Under the pieces are notes generated by a model that searched no databases, had not been told where the DNA came from, and was given only the letters and a program-made list of their open reading frames with translations. This document shows positions 38,115 through 47,583 of a stretch of 64,000 nt of DNA, piece after piece (position 1 is the first letter of the stretch; each line of letters starts with the position of its first letter). The stretch is taken from IMG/VR virus record IMGVR_UViG_3300047539_000078, positions 1-64,000 of that record, one strand, 5' to 3'. This DNA is from a virus. Its lineage: Duplodnaviria > Caudoviricetes. The position numbers and the translations under genes are program-made.

Positions 38115-39710
38115 ATGCTATCTGAAAATCTCTGCTGGCTTCTTCTCAACAAGAACGAACACGATCTGATAGTCCGATACCGCCGCGAACTGGAGTGGGC
38201 CGCACAAACGCTACACATCCTCGACGTATCCGGCGCGGGCGATGAGCCGTGCGGCCTGGTTCTCGCGTTGATCCTCTCCTACGACAAAGCCAACGGCTAC
38301 TGCCCCAACGAGCAGGAGCTATGCGATTATGTGACATTGCGCAAGAAGGACATTACGACCGCAGAAAAGCTGAAGCACTTCGGGGACGAGCTTGAGCGGA
38401 TGCGCACCTATATAGAAGAGAATCGGGAAATTGTTGACCCCGAAACTAAAAAAAGCGCCATATTCGAGGCCACAGGGCCACTCATTGAGAAGCTGGTTGA
38501 GGAAACACGGCTCACCATGCACGCCAAGAAAGCCGATGTCTACAAGGGATATGCGCTTGGCCAGACCAAAATCATCGGGAAAAAGGGTGTGCCCGACCGC
38601 AAATCCACACCGGATGACGCAGTGCAAATGATCCGGGAATTCTGGGCGAAGGGCGACCTCCCGAAGACGCGGTTGATGCAGGAAGGCGCTCTCCACGAGA
38701 ACACCGACACCGTCAAGCTTGAAGTTGAGCGGTGGATGAGCGGGGACGGAAGCGACCGCATCCTCACTGGCTTCCCACATATTGACAATCATCTTGTCAT
38801 CACGAAGAAATCAAACCAATTCATAGGCATCATGGGGTTTATGAATGACGGCAAGTCTACACTCCTATTGACGATGCTCTACAACATGGCGTGCTTAGGG
38901 AAGAACATCATCCTATGGGTAAAAGAAGCCGACCCGATGATGGTGTGGGTTCGTCTCGCTTTTCTTCACTCCTATCGATACCGGGACGAGTTCGAACTCC
39001 CATCTATACAATCATTCCAAGACAAATCAGCTAGTCAAGAGGACTTAGCAAATCTAAACCGAATCTTGGTCGATATTGAAAACCGTGTCGGCATTCCTGG
39101 GCTGTTCGATGTCAAGTGCCTCACGGATTGGGACACGCTGGTGGCGCATTTGAATGCGAACCAGAAGAATAACCAGTATGACGTATGCGGCATCGACTAC
39201 CTGACACGGCTGGAGATTCCTGGGGGAGACCCAGCTAATTTTGACAAAAATATCGTTGGGTATATTCACAAGGCGTTTGACTTGAGTCGCAACTTTGACG
39301 AAGGACGGGGATTGATCGTCGCCTCGCCAGTGCAGATCAACAGAACCGGATACAAGGACGCAAAGAAAAAGAAGGAAGGGGAGAAGAAGCATGATGTGAC
39401 ATCTATCAACCAGCATTCCGACTTCTTCCGCGACATGGACTTCATCATCAGCATCTTTTCGGATGAAATCATGAAGCGTGCTGGGGACCTTCTCATTGAA
39501 ACGCAGAAGGTCCGTGACGGCGTCTATCCGCCATCGGCACGGGTTCGCATCGATGAGAATTCCCGCTACGTGGGGGCCAGCGCGGCGCAGATTGATGCAC
39601 GGATACAGAATATGATCGAACGGAAGACCGCGTCACCGACTGCAACGTGGAAAGAGACGGTCATAGACTCGATCGACGATAGCCTTGGTCTTGACCCGGA
39701 GATGGGGTGA
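38115..39710 (+). CDS. DnaB-like replicative helicase
   Basis: ILTGFPHID, GFMNDGKST (Walker A), IDYL (Walker B), VQINR, KVRDG. Confidence 0.8.
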   Translation: MLSENLCWLLLNKNEHDLIVRYRRELEWAAQTLHILDVSGAGDEPCGLVLALILSYDKANGYCPNEQELCDYVTLRKKDITTAEKLKHFGDELERMRTYIEENREIVDPETKKSAIFEATGPLIEKLVEETRLTMHAKKADVYKGYALGQTKIIGKKGVPDRKSTPDDAVQMIREFWAKGDLPKTRLMQEGALHENTDTVKLEVERWMSGDGSDRILTGFPHIDNHLVITKKSNQFIGIMGFMNDGKSTLLLTMLYNMACLGKNIILWVKEADPMMVWVRLAFLHSYRYRDEFELPSIQSFQDKSASQEDLANLNRILVDIENRVGIPGLFDVKCLTDWDTLVAHLNANQKNNQYDVCGIDYLTRLEIPGGDPANFDKNIVGYIHKAFDLSRNFDEGRGLIVASPVQINRTGYKDAKKKKEGEKKHDVTSINQHSDFFRDMDFIISIFSDEIMKRAGDLLIETQKVRDGVYPPSARVRIDENSRYVGASAAQIDARIQNMIERKTASPTATWKETVIDSIDDSLGLDPEMG

Positions 39711-39782
39711 TGCTTGAAGCATTTTTAAGTATTGCTTGATTTATACCAAGAACATCGCTAAGATATATTTGGAGACTTTGGA

Positions 39783-40795
39783 ATGGATGACGACAGCAAG
39801 AAAGGGAAGCCACCGGCATACATGCGGTATGTCAAGGACTGGCTTGCAAGCCCGACCAGACGCCTATTTTCAAAGGCCGCCCGATCAGCCTACACGGATT
39901 TGCTTGACACGTGTTGGGACTCCATCAACATGGAAGCTGATTTAGGACCCAACATACCTTATGATATGGAGGAACTCCGTATACTCGCGGATTGCACTCT
40001 TGATGAGTGGAAGGAGTTCGGGGAAAAGGTAGTGTCAAATTTCAAACTCTATCCGGGCAAGGAGGAGGAGTTCCGCACCAATCAAAAGCTTATGGATCAA
40101 TGGATTAAGATGAAAGATAAGCGGGAAAACCAGAGCATCAGAGGCAAAAAAGGAGCAGCGGCTAGATGGCAAAAGACCTAAGCTGCAAGCGGTGCTCCCT
40201 GGACAAAACGGGGAAGGGCTGCCCAGAGTTCCCTCATTGTGAGGATTGTAAGCAGGCAACTGAATTAGCTTATGAGGCCCGCATTGAGGATGTTGGGGAG
40301 TGGAGAGCGAAGCGCGTACCAAAGTATTGCCCCGAGCACAGAGATATCCATGCTTCAAGCATGCATCAAGCATCCACTAAGCATAACCCAAGCATCAAAC
40401 AAGCAATGCCTAAAAATGGCCTTGCAGTTGCAGTTGCAATTGCAGTTCCAGAAGTTGCTGGTGGGCTGGCTGGCATTTCGGAAGCTGATCAGCTTTGCGA
40501 GCATCTTCGTGTCCTATTCAATCAACAGTTCGCGACTCCCTCATGGAAAGGCTCAGCGGAAGAATGCATCAAGCAGTCCGGTTTAGGCGAATGTAAGGCC
40601 ATCCTGTCATGGGCGATGAAGGTTCCTTTTTGGATCAAGCAGATTTCCGGTATGGAGTCGTTCCTGAAGCTTCTTATGTCATCCAGTGAAAGAGGTCTTG
40701 CAGGTCAGTACTTTGCTTGGAAACGTTCCCAGAAGAAAGACACCTCGGATAGTGTAGAGCGCCAGCCCAAATTCAAAGGGAAGAGAATCGCATAA
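39783..40795 (+). CDS. Replication initiator-like protein (DUF1376/YdaU-type N-terminus), frameshift near 40170
   Basis: PAYMRYVKDWLAS...RSAYTDLL..CW...RGKKGAAARW continues in the next frame as KDLSCKRC; lies upstream of DnaC-like gene. Confidence 0.65.
40350..40447. repeat. Iteron-like repeats, putative replication origin
   Basis: [CT]AAGCA[TA] at 40356, 40367, 40378, 40389, 40400 (11-bp period), then TTGCAG-type hexamer repeats. Confidence 0.7.
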
Positions 40796-40804
40796 GAGGG
40801 AAAC

Positions 40805-41545
40805 ATGACTGATGACCCAAAAGACCCATTCGTAAAGACTCGTGTATGGACGAACCGTACGAAGGACCTTTTTCTCCAGTCCATAGCCGATTATATACCT
40901 TCCGGCTACCGCCATATGATTGGACAGCTTCAATACTGCGAAAAGAGTAAGGCATCGCCCACGTTCCAGCGAACGGTCTTTGACCAGCTCAAAGAGAAGC
41001 CCCTCGCGTCGTATGCGTTCTTCGGTCCCGCAGGTGTAGGCAAGACCGCGCTCTCCATGTGGCTGCTGATCGATTGGCTCAAGATGATCAGTAGTTGGGA
41101 TGCATATCCAGGGGGATATGTCAACACAAAAGACGGTGCCCGTCTGATAAGCAAGCCGTTCCGTTCGTCGGCATCCAAGCTCGTCCGCCAGCACCACGCC
41201 TATATTACGGCGGATGATAAGGATGAGGTAGACGAACCGGACATTACCATCGGTCGTCTCTCCAACGCTACACGACCGATGGTGTGGTTATCGGAGTTCG
41301 AGAAGATAGGCCCGATGACCGAATACAAGTTCGAGGTTCTATTTTCTATCGTCGACGAGCTTTACGAGAAGCGCCCATCGTGCCAGCTCGTCATGGATTC
41401 CAACCTGAAACTCGGCGAGTTCGAGGAATACTTCACGGACAAGATAGGACGCCGCATCGCGGAGCTGTGCTACGTGGTGAACTACTTCAACGAGACGATC
41501 GAGGCACCGACTGACGATCAGATGATTGGATCACTTGAAAACTAA
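40805..41545 (+). CDS. DnaC/IstB-like AAA+ helicase loader
   Basis: FFGPAGVGKT, LFSIVDELY, SNL, IGRRI. Confidence 0.7.
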   Translation: MTDDPKDPFVKTRVWTNRTKDLFLQSIADYIPSGYRHMIGQLQYCEKSKASPTFQRTVFDQLKEKPLASYAFFGPAGVGKTALSMWLLIDWLKMISSWDAYPGGYVNTKDGARLISKPFRSSASKLVRQHHAYITADDKDEVDEPDITIGRLSNATRPMVWLSEFEKIGPMTEYKFEVLFSIVDELYEKRPSCQLVMDSNLKLGEFEEYFTDKIGRRIAELCYVVNYFNETIEAPTDDQMIGSLEN

Positions 41546-41574
41546 GTATTATTGTCTTAGGAGGTATAGAGCTT

Positions 41575-42067
41575 ATGAATCCAAAAAAACATGAAATACT
41601 GGATGTCGGGTTCAAGAAGATCGGCACCGCCGAGACCCACTACGCGACCGGTGCGCAGCGCGACGCCCGCACGGGCAAGGGCGCTTTCCACTGGATGCCA
41701 TGGGATGCCGTGTTCCTGGTCTCTTGCATCTACGAGAACGGCAACATCGGGCGCAGCAAGAACGCGAACAAGGACGGCAACGACCGCAACTGGGAAAACG
41801 GGATGCCGATCAACGTGTTCGTGCAGTCGGCGATCAACCACCTAACCGCATATCTCTCGGGTGACCGTTCCGAGCCGCATCTCCCGCAGGCCGCGTGGAA
41901 CGTCATCAACGCCATCCAGACTTCCATCTGGGTCTATATGGGGTGGCGTCCGGCTGCGAACTCAACACGCTCATCAACCAGCGCGGACCATACGACCTCA
42001 CGCCGGTGTGCCCGCTGTCCCGAAGGAAATCGAGTGGCTCAAGGTGAAGGGCATCGAGAAGAAATAA
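41575..42067 (+). CDS. dATP/dGTP diphosphohydrolase domain protein (DUF5664); frameshifted near its 3' end
   Basis: TGAQRD...GKG.F..MP, RNWENG, AINHL, EPHL..AAWN. Confidence 0.75.
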
Positions 42068-42357
42068 TGCGTGCCGCCCTCAAGATCACCGTCGAATTAA
42101 ATGAACTCAACCCCTTGACCTCCGAGCGGGCGGTTTTGAACATCAGCATCCCCATCGGCGAGGACAAGCTCAAGGACCAAGCCGCCCTCCGCGTGGCTAT
42201 CCAATCCGTGCTCGTTCAACTCTACATTGGCGGAATCCCCGTGCAGGAAGGCTCCCGTGTCCGCCTGATCCCACCTACACGCATCCACGAGATTTTTTGC
42301 GACATCCCAAGCATCCTCCTCGCTGACATGAGTCAGATGCCTATTGTACTACCATAA
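42067..42357 (+). CDS. Hypothetical protein
   Basis: TAATG coupling; MRAALKITVE... Confidence 0.5.
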   Translation: MRAALKITVELNELNPLTSERAVLNISIPIGEDKLKDQAALRVAIQSVLVQLYIGGIPVQEGSRVRLIPPTRIHEIFCDIPSILLADMSQMPIVLP

Positions 42358-42412
42358 TAACAAAGGACTTAAAGTCTAGCCATTTCATCCCCGCCCGTGG
42401 TATAATGCTTGT

Positions 42413-42622
42413 ATGGAAAACAAAATCATCGCTATCCGAGACTACAACAACTTCTTGGGATTGTTCTCCCTTCAGAAGATCACTCTCCCGGTAGGTGCCC
42501 AGCTCTCGTCCTTTGAGAGCCGCCGCTGGAATGTCCGCTCCGCCAACCAAGCGGGTCTTGATTTCCTCAAGACCCACAACATCCGCTACTCTATCTACGA
42601 CAAGGAGGCGATCTACCAATGA
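42413..42622 (+). CDS. Hypothetical protein, probably leaderless
   Basis: TGGTATAAT ends 6 nt before ATG. Confidence 0.6.
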   Translation: MENKIIAIRDYNNFLGLFSLQKITLPVGAQLSSFESRRWNVRSANQAGLDFLKTHNIRYSIYDKEAIYQ

Positions 42623-42972
42623 GCGTAAAAATGCGACAGATCGTCGAAAGGGAAATCTGCACCGAGATCGTGAAATCCCTGCTCCGGGCCGGGTTTTCAA
42701 TCTCGGTTGACAACGGAGACAACAACGGCGAGGACTTCGAGATCGCCCGCAGCCACAGCAAGACGGCGGTTTTGAAGGCCATGTTCCAAACGGATGACGA
42801 ACATCTGTATGTCTACAATCGGAGCCCGCATGCAGCCGGAGCGTTCGGCTGGGTACGGTTCGTGTACGGCAATGACGGCTGGGACGTGCTCAGCGATTAC
42901 TCGGTGAACCTTGAAAAGTTCATCGGCGACGGGACGCCCGTTCAAAAGGTAGTAGATAAGTACGCGGACTGA
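42619..42972 (+). CDS. Hypothetical phage protein
   Basis: ATGA overlap; GWVRFVYGNDGWDVLSDY. Confidence 0.7.
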   Translation: MSVKMRQIVEREICTEIVKSLLRAGFSISVDNGDNNGEDFEIARSHSKTAVLKAMFQTDDEHLYVYNRSPHAAGAFGWVRFVYGNDGWDVLSDYSVNLEKFIGDGTPVQKVVDKYAD

Positions 42973-43339
42973 CTATGCTGACTGTCCGCTTGGGGCGCTT
43001 CATTTACGGCCTTTTCAGGCCGCGCCCCCCAAAACCGGTTGAGCCCGAGCCGCTAATTTTACCCGAGAGCTATGGCTATGTCTGTCCCGTATGCGGGGAA
43101 CTTTTTAGCCTATTCTTTTGGGAGTGCAAGTGCATTCCGAGACGGAGAATAGATGATGATTAGTACAAACCCAAAAGACCCTAACCATCTGTACGAAGAC
43201 GGCAAAGGCGTGTGGCATTGGCAAGTGTTCCATTCCAGTGCGGGAATGGCGGGTGGGACGGCAAAAACTCGGAAAGACGCCATCGTAAAGGCCAAATGCG
43301 CTATCGCAGATTTGCTTTGTAACTAAACGGGAGACAGCC

Positions 43340-44032
43340 ATGATCGAAGACATGAAGGAGCAAGCGCCCTACATGGGAGTCGTGAAGGTCGGGAGGATTT
43401 CCGGCCAGATGGAACTATTCGACTCCGATGTCACGCACCAGCATTTCATCGGCTTGGAAATCTGCCACGCGGAGACCGAGCGGCACAATTCGCAGAATTG
43501 GGTCCATGGCGGCAAGGAAATCATCAGGGTGTACATGTCCGAGATTCAATGGGCGCAACTTCTGTCGAGCATGAACCAGGGCGGCGGCGTCCCCTGCACG
43601 CTCAACCACATCGAAGGGAAGCGCATCGCTCCCCCGCCCGAGCCGAAGTCCATCGCCAGCACATTCCACAAGGAAATCGTCGAGACGGCGAAGGACTCCC
43701 TGAACGCCATCAAGAGCGCCATTTCCACGGTAGAGAAGGCGTTCGAGCCGAAGGCGAAGGCTCTCAACAAGACCGAACTCGCCGCCGTGCTCGGCAACCT
43801 ACAGAAGGCCGTGCGGGAGTTCGAGAACAACCTGCCGTTCGTCGAGGATCAGTTCACGGAGGCCATGGAGACCAGGATGTCCGAGGCGAAGTCGTCCTTC
43901 GAGGGCTACATGAACAACCGGCTCCGCTCGCTCGGCCTTGAAACCGCCGCGTTGCAGGCCGCGACCGACGAGGCCCCGAAGCCGAACTTCCTGCTCCCCG
44001 AGGGAAGAGGGCACGGACTCACGGACATATGA
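43340..44032 (+). CDS. Hypothetical phage protein
   Basis: 230-aa ORF with GGGAG RBS and coiled C-terminus. Confidence 0.7.
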   Translation: MIEDMKEQAPYMGVVKVGRISGQMELFDSDVTHQHFIGLEICHAETERHNSQNWVHGGKEIIRVYMSEIQWAQLLSSMNQGGGVPCTLNHIEGKRIAPPPEPKSIASTFHKEIVETAKDSLNAIKSAISTVEKAFEPKAKALNKTELAAVLGNLQKAVREFENNLPFVEDQFTEAMETRMSEAKSSFEGYMNNRLRSLGLETAALQAATDEAPKPNFLLPEGRGHGLTDI

Positions 44033-44131
44033 TCCTTGACGCGGACGCGGCCCCCATAGTATCATACCGTCGTGGGGTCGGTAAAACGCGGCCACCTACC
44101 GCCGGGGCATTACACCGACCCCTATAAAAAA

Positions 44132-44317
44132 ATGAGCGACGCAACCAAGCTTTTGCAGGATGTCCTCGACTACCTCCGGCGCACGCGGTCCGGAACGGGC
44201 ATCTACGCATCCCGCAAGGCGGACGAGAACGGCGCTGCACAACTGGAAGGATGCGAGAAGGATCGGTTCCTCATGGCCGAGCGTGTCGAGAAGTTCCTTG
44301 CGCAATCCGCCGAGTAG
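44132..44317 (+). CDS. Small hypothetical protein
   Basis: MSDATKLLQ..., follows a structured leader. Confidence 0.5.
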   Translation: MSDATKLLQDVLDYLRRTRSGTGIYASRKADENGAAQLEGCEKDRFLMAERVEKFLAQSAE

Positions 44318-44494
44318 GGGTATTATAGAAGGCTATGGGACCAAACCTGAACACCCCAGAGGGCCGGGACTTTTGGGCGCACATAGAAATGATCGCCGAG
44401 CAGGCGAGTCACTGGCCCAAGTGGATGGGCGGCGAGGGAGTAGAGCCGCTGATCTGCCCGACCTGCAGTCGCCCTTTGGACAAATCGTTACCCG

Positions 44495-45286
44495 ATGCTC
44501 CGCAAATCTAGCCTCGTTCTGTGCCTCTTCGTGACGGGCTGTATGTCCGCCGCGATGAAGCGCCCGTATGCGAGTATCTCGGACGCATCCGTATCCGCCG
44601 CCCTCGACGCAAAGAATGCCTACTTCGTAGCCGAGGATGCCTACAACGGCGAGCAGGCCGACGAACTCGTGCAGCGTTACAAGGATCACGGCTACACGCC
44701 GGGGGAAATCACCACATTCCTATCGTTGAAGGACATGAGAGCCCGTATAGAAGCCGTTGATGTGCTCGGCAAATATGGTGAGCGAATCAACTTCATACTC
44801 AATCCGAAGTTCGCCGCAACGACGCAGTCGAAACAGGGGGGTTCAAAGACTTCGTCATCAAAGTCGAGCGGTCCGTTCCCGTTTCCGAAGCTCACGCAAT
44901 CCGAGGTCAACACCGCACAGCAGGCCATCGCTTACATCGGGGAGGCACTTGCCAGCATCAAGACCCGGCGACAGCTCCCGAAGGCGGTGGCCAAAGCCGA
45001 TCCGAGCATCCAAGTCTTATGCGACCTGTTCATCCGCGACATCGACACGCTGCGTGCTGAAGTCAAGGAATCCTTTGAGACGCGGCTCATCTTGGAGAAC
45101 GATTTCATCAGGGACAACTGGGACGACATGGACGCCTTGGAGCACCAGTCCGAGATAGCCAAGCTGCCAGCCATAGAGAAGCAGGCGCGGGATGCCGAAG
45201 ACACATTAGCGAAGGCGCAGGACGAACTCAAGCGCGTGGCGGAGCAGAGTCGCAAGATAGCGGAGGAATACCATGGCAAGAAGTGA
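44495..45286 (+). CDS. Putative lipoprotein
   Basis: MLRKSSLVLCLFVTGC lipobox-type signal; helical body. Confidence 0.65.
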   Translation: MLRKSSLVLCLFVTGCMSAAMKRPYASISDASVSAALDAKNAYFVAEDAYNGEQADELVQRYKDHGYTPGEITTFLSLKDMRARIEAVDVLGKYGERINFILNPKFAATTQSKQGGSKTSSSKSSGPFPFPKLTQSEVNTAQQAIAYIGEALASIKTRRQLPKAVAKADPSIQVLCDLFIRDIDTLRAEVKESFETRLILENDFIRDNWDDMDALEHQSEIAKLPAIEKQARDAEDTLAKAQDELKRVAEQSRKIAEEYHGKK

Positions 45287-45608
45287 AGCGGTCGCGGCGA
45301 TGCAGGCGGCGGACAACGCCCTCGTGCAGTTGTACTGGAGCACGGCTTTTGGTGAAGGAACCATGGAAGCCAGACACACCGTCTCGGAAGCGCACATGAA
45401 GCTGTTCCTGGCCATCACGGCGCTGAACAAGGAGGACCTGGAATCCCGCACCGAGCAATTCAAAGCGGCTGTGGAAGGTGCCAAGTTCGCCCTCAAGGAC
45501 TTGACATCCTTGGCTCACGACCTTGAGGGGATCGTCAAGAACACCGACCGCCTTTCGGCGCTGGTCGGCACGATAGGGAAGGCGGCCATGGCACTGGAGG
45601 CACTGTGA
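45273..45608 (+). CDS. Helical hypothetical protein
   Basis: GGAGG RBS; overlaps the lipoprotein gene. Confidence 0.6.
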   Translation: MARSEAVAAMQAADNALVQLYWSTAFGEGTMEARHTVSEAHMKLFLAITALNKEDLESRTEQFKAAVEGAKFALKDLTSLAHDLEGIVKNTDRLSALVGTIGKAAMALEAL

Positions 45609-46103
45609 CGATCACGTTCGTCTACTTCTTTCTCGCGGTGATGCTCGGTCACTTCGTCGGGGACTATCTGCTCCAGAACCAATGGATGGCGATCAACAAG
45701 TCCCTAAGCCCGGGATGGCTGGGACACTCTCGCCTGTTCCGTCCACGTGTACCTGCTTTACACGCTCGCCATAGGGCTGTTTGTGACAATATCGCATCCG
45801 ATACACTACCGAAGCCCGAAGTGGTTCCTGTTCCTGCTCGCCGTGTACGGTTCCGCACTGGATCTCATCGATCGCTGGAGCTCTGGCGAACTACATCCTG
45901 CGGTTCAAGAACGGTTTTTGGAACAAGCGACATCAGCCTATGGGATTTAACAATCTGCTGAAGATGGAAAGCGACTTCCGTTCGAGAAGGCAATCACTAA
46001 TGGTTCGTGGAAGATTGCTTTCGCAGCTCCCGTCTATATCATGAACGACAACACTTTACACTTCGTCTGCCTGTGGTTCACGGTGCGGTACTTCTTCTCA
46101 TGA
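45605..46103 (+). CDS. DUF3307-type membrane protein, several frameshifts
   Basis: GHFVGDYLLQNQWMAINK N-terminus and DNTLH C-terminus in different frames. Confidence 0.6.
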
Positions 46104-46270
46104 CCAGAAACGAAGGCACATTGTATACCCTTTGCATTCTACTGTTCCTCTGTGTTATCCTTCTTTGGGGAGTGTATGTCGACCGCGTGCAAAGTCGCGA
46201 GGCTGCCAAGGCCAGAGCGGAGCATTGCCCCGGCGCGGCGCTCTTCGTGCCTTGCAAAATGCCTTAAGGA

Positions 46271-46537
46271 GTGAAAATGAAGGTCTATATCACGAAGCAT
46301 GCTCTGACTCAGGGCATTTACGAGGTAGACGTGGAGCAACCAAACAAGGATTACCCGGATTCCGTCTTCGCCAAAAAAGACGGTTCATTCGGCGTATACC
46401 GGGACAGCTTCCACGGACAGGGTAAAGAATGGCACCGCAGCTTGGCGTCCGCCGAGTGCAAGGCGGAACAGATGCGCGTGGCGAAGATCGTCAGCCTGAA
46501 GAAGCAAATCAAGAAGCTGGAAGAGATGGCATTCTGA
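46271..46537 (+). CDS. Hypothetical phage protein
   Basis: KVYITKHALTQGI...SLKKQIKKLE; AAGGAG RBS. Confidence 0.7.
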   Translation: MKMKVYITKHALTQGIYEVDVEQPNKDYPDSVFAKKDGSFGVYRDSFHGQGKEWHRSLASAECKAEQMRVAKIVSLKKQIKKLEEMAF

Positions 46538-46766
46538 TGACCAAGATGTGGACACCCTTTGATTCTATGGGATTTTCGGATTTAGTAAACCGACCCCAGC
46601 GCGGCAAGGTCATCCAGATGCCTTCGCGGAAAAAACCGATCCTAGTTCCGTGTCGAGTCTGCGGGCATCCCGCCCACAGCGGCAAGTGTTCCATTTGCGG
46701 ATGTTAGATTTGGGAATAACTCCCACAAAAAACGAACTGTTGGTGTGATGGTCTGCGTACTGAGCA

Positions 46767-47582
46767 TCAGAACTCCATCCGAGCCCCACGCTCGACCGTT
46801 TTTCTGAACTGTTCCCAGCCGAAGAAGTTCCCAGACCACATCCCTTGATTCGGGCACGCCTGGTGCTCGATCGGGCTCGCGTGCATGGGTTCGCCCCCTA
46901 CCAATCGGTCGTAGAGTTCCATGTCCTTCTCGACATTAGGACTCGTCCCATCGTGGTTGACATACGACACACGGGCGCAGCGGGCGACGCTGCACTTGAT
47001 CTGCGTGTTGAGGTCCAACTCCCGGCGTTCGTTCTGCTGCACGTACGGCAGGTGCCATTCTGTTAAGCATGGCGTGGGTGTGCTCTTCTCCATGGCTTCC
47101 CGGATGGCGTATGCCAGCGTCTGCATCTCGGGCATAGCGTCCTTGTGGCAGCGCAGTCCAAAGAAGTTGTCCCATTCGGTGGATGTCAGCACGACATGGG
47201 TCCACATCCACGGTTCCAGCAGGCGGTTCGTGATCTGCTTGTGGAGTCCCAATTCGCCCAGGAGCGTCGCCGACTTGACGGCATTGTCGCGGGCTTCCAG
47301 CCAAAGGCGCAACGCCTCCGCCTTCTGCTCGTCGGATAGTTCCTCGTTCGCCTGCATTCCCTTTTGGTTCTTGCCCCATGAAACCGGGATGGCCGGATCG
47401 TTGACTACCTGTGCGATCATCTTGGCCACGGGGATGGCCCGGCTGCTGCTCGCGTTGCGGGAGAACACGCGGTGCGTGTTGAATTCCGAGAGGATGAAGC
47501 GGTGGAACTGCAATTGGACGGTGGTGAGGCGGTGCCCCAACGATGTTACCGAATCCTCCACGATGGTCGCTTTGATCGCCAT
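46767..47582 (-). CDS. thyX: FAD-dependent thymidylate synthase (phage type)
   Basis: EFNTHRVFSRNASSSRAIP, HKQ..NRLLEP, NFF.LR, HASP.EH. Confidence 0.85.
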   Translation of the reverse strand: MAIKATIVEDSVTSLGHRLTTVQLQFHRFILSEFNTHRVFSRNASSSRAIPVAKMIAQVVNDPAIPVSWGKNQKGMQANEELSDEQKAEALRLWLEARDNAVKSATLLGELGLHKQITNRLLEPWMWTHVVLTSTEWDNFFGLRCHKDAMPEMQTLAYAIREAMEKSTPTPCLTEWHLPYVQQNERRELDLNTQIKCSVARCARVSYVNHDGTSPNVEKDMELYDRLVGGEPMHASPIEHQACPNQGMWSGNFFGWEQFRKTVERGARMEF

Positions 47583-47583
47583 G

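Noticed and set aside
41575-42357. 260-aa diphosphohydrolase fusion ORF
   Set aside because: Junction peptide looks out of frame; a TAATG stop/start at 42065-42069 indicates two genes joined by indel error
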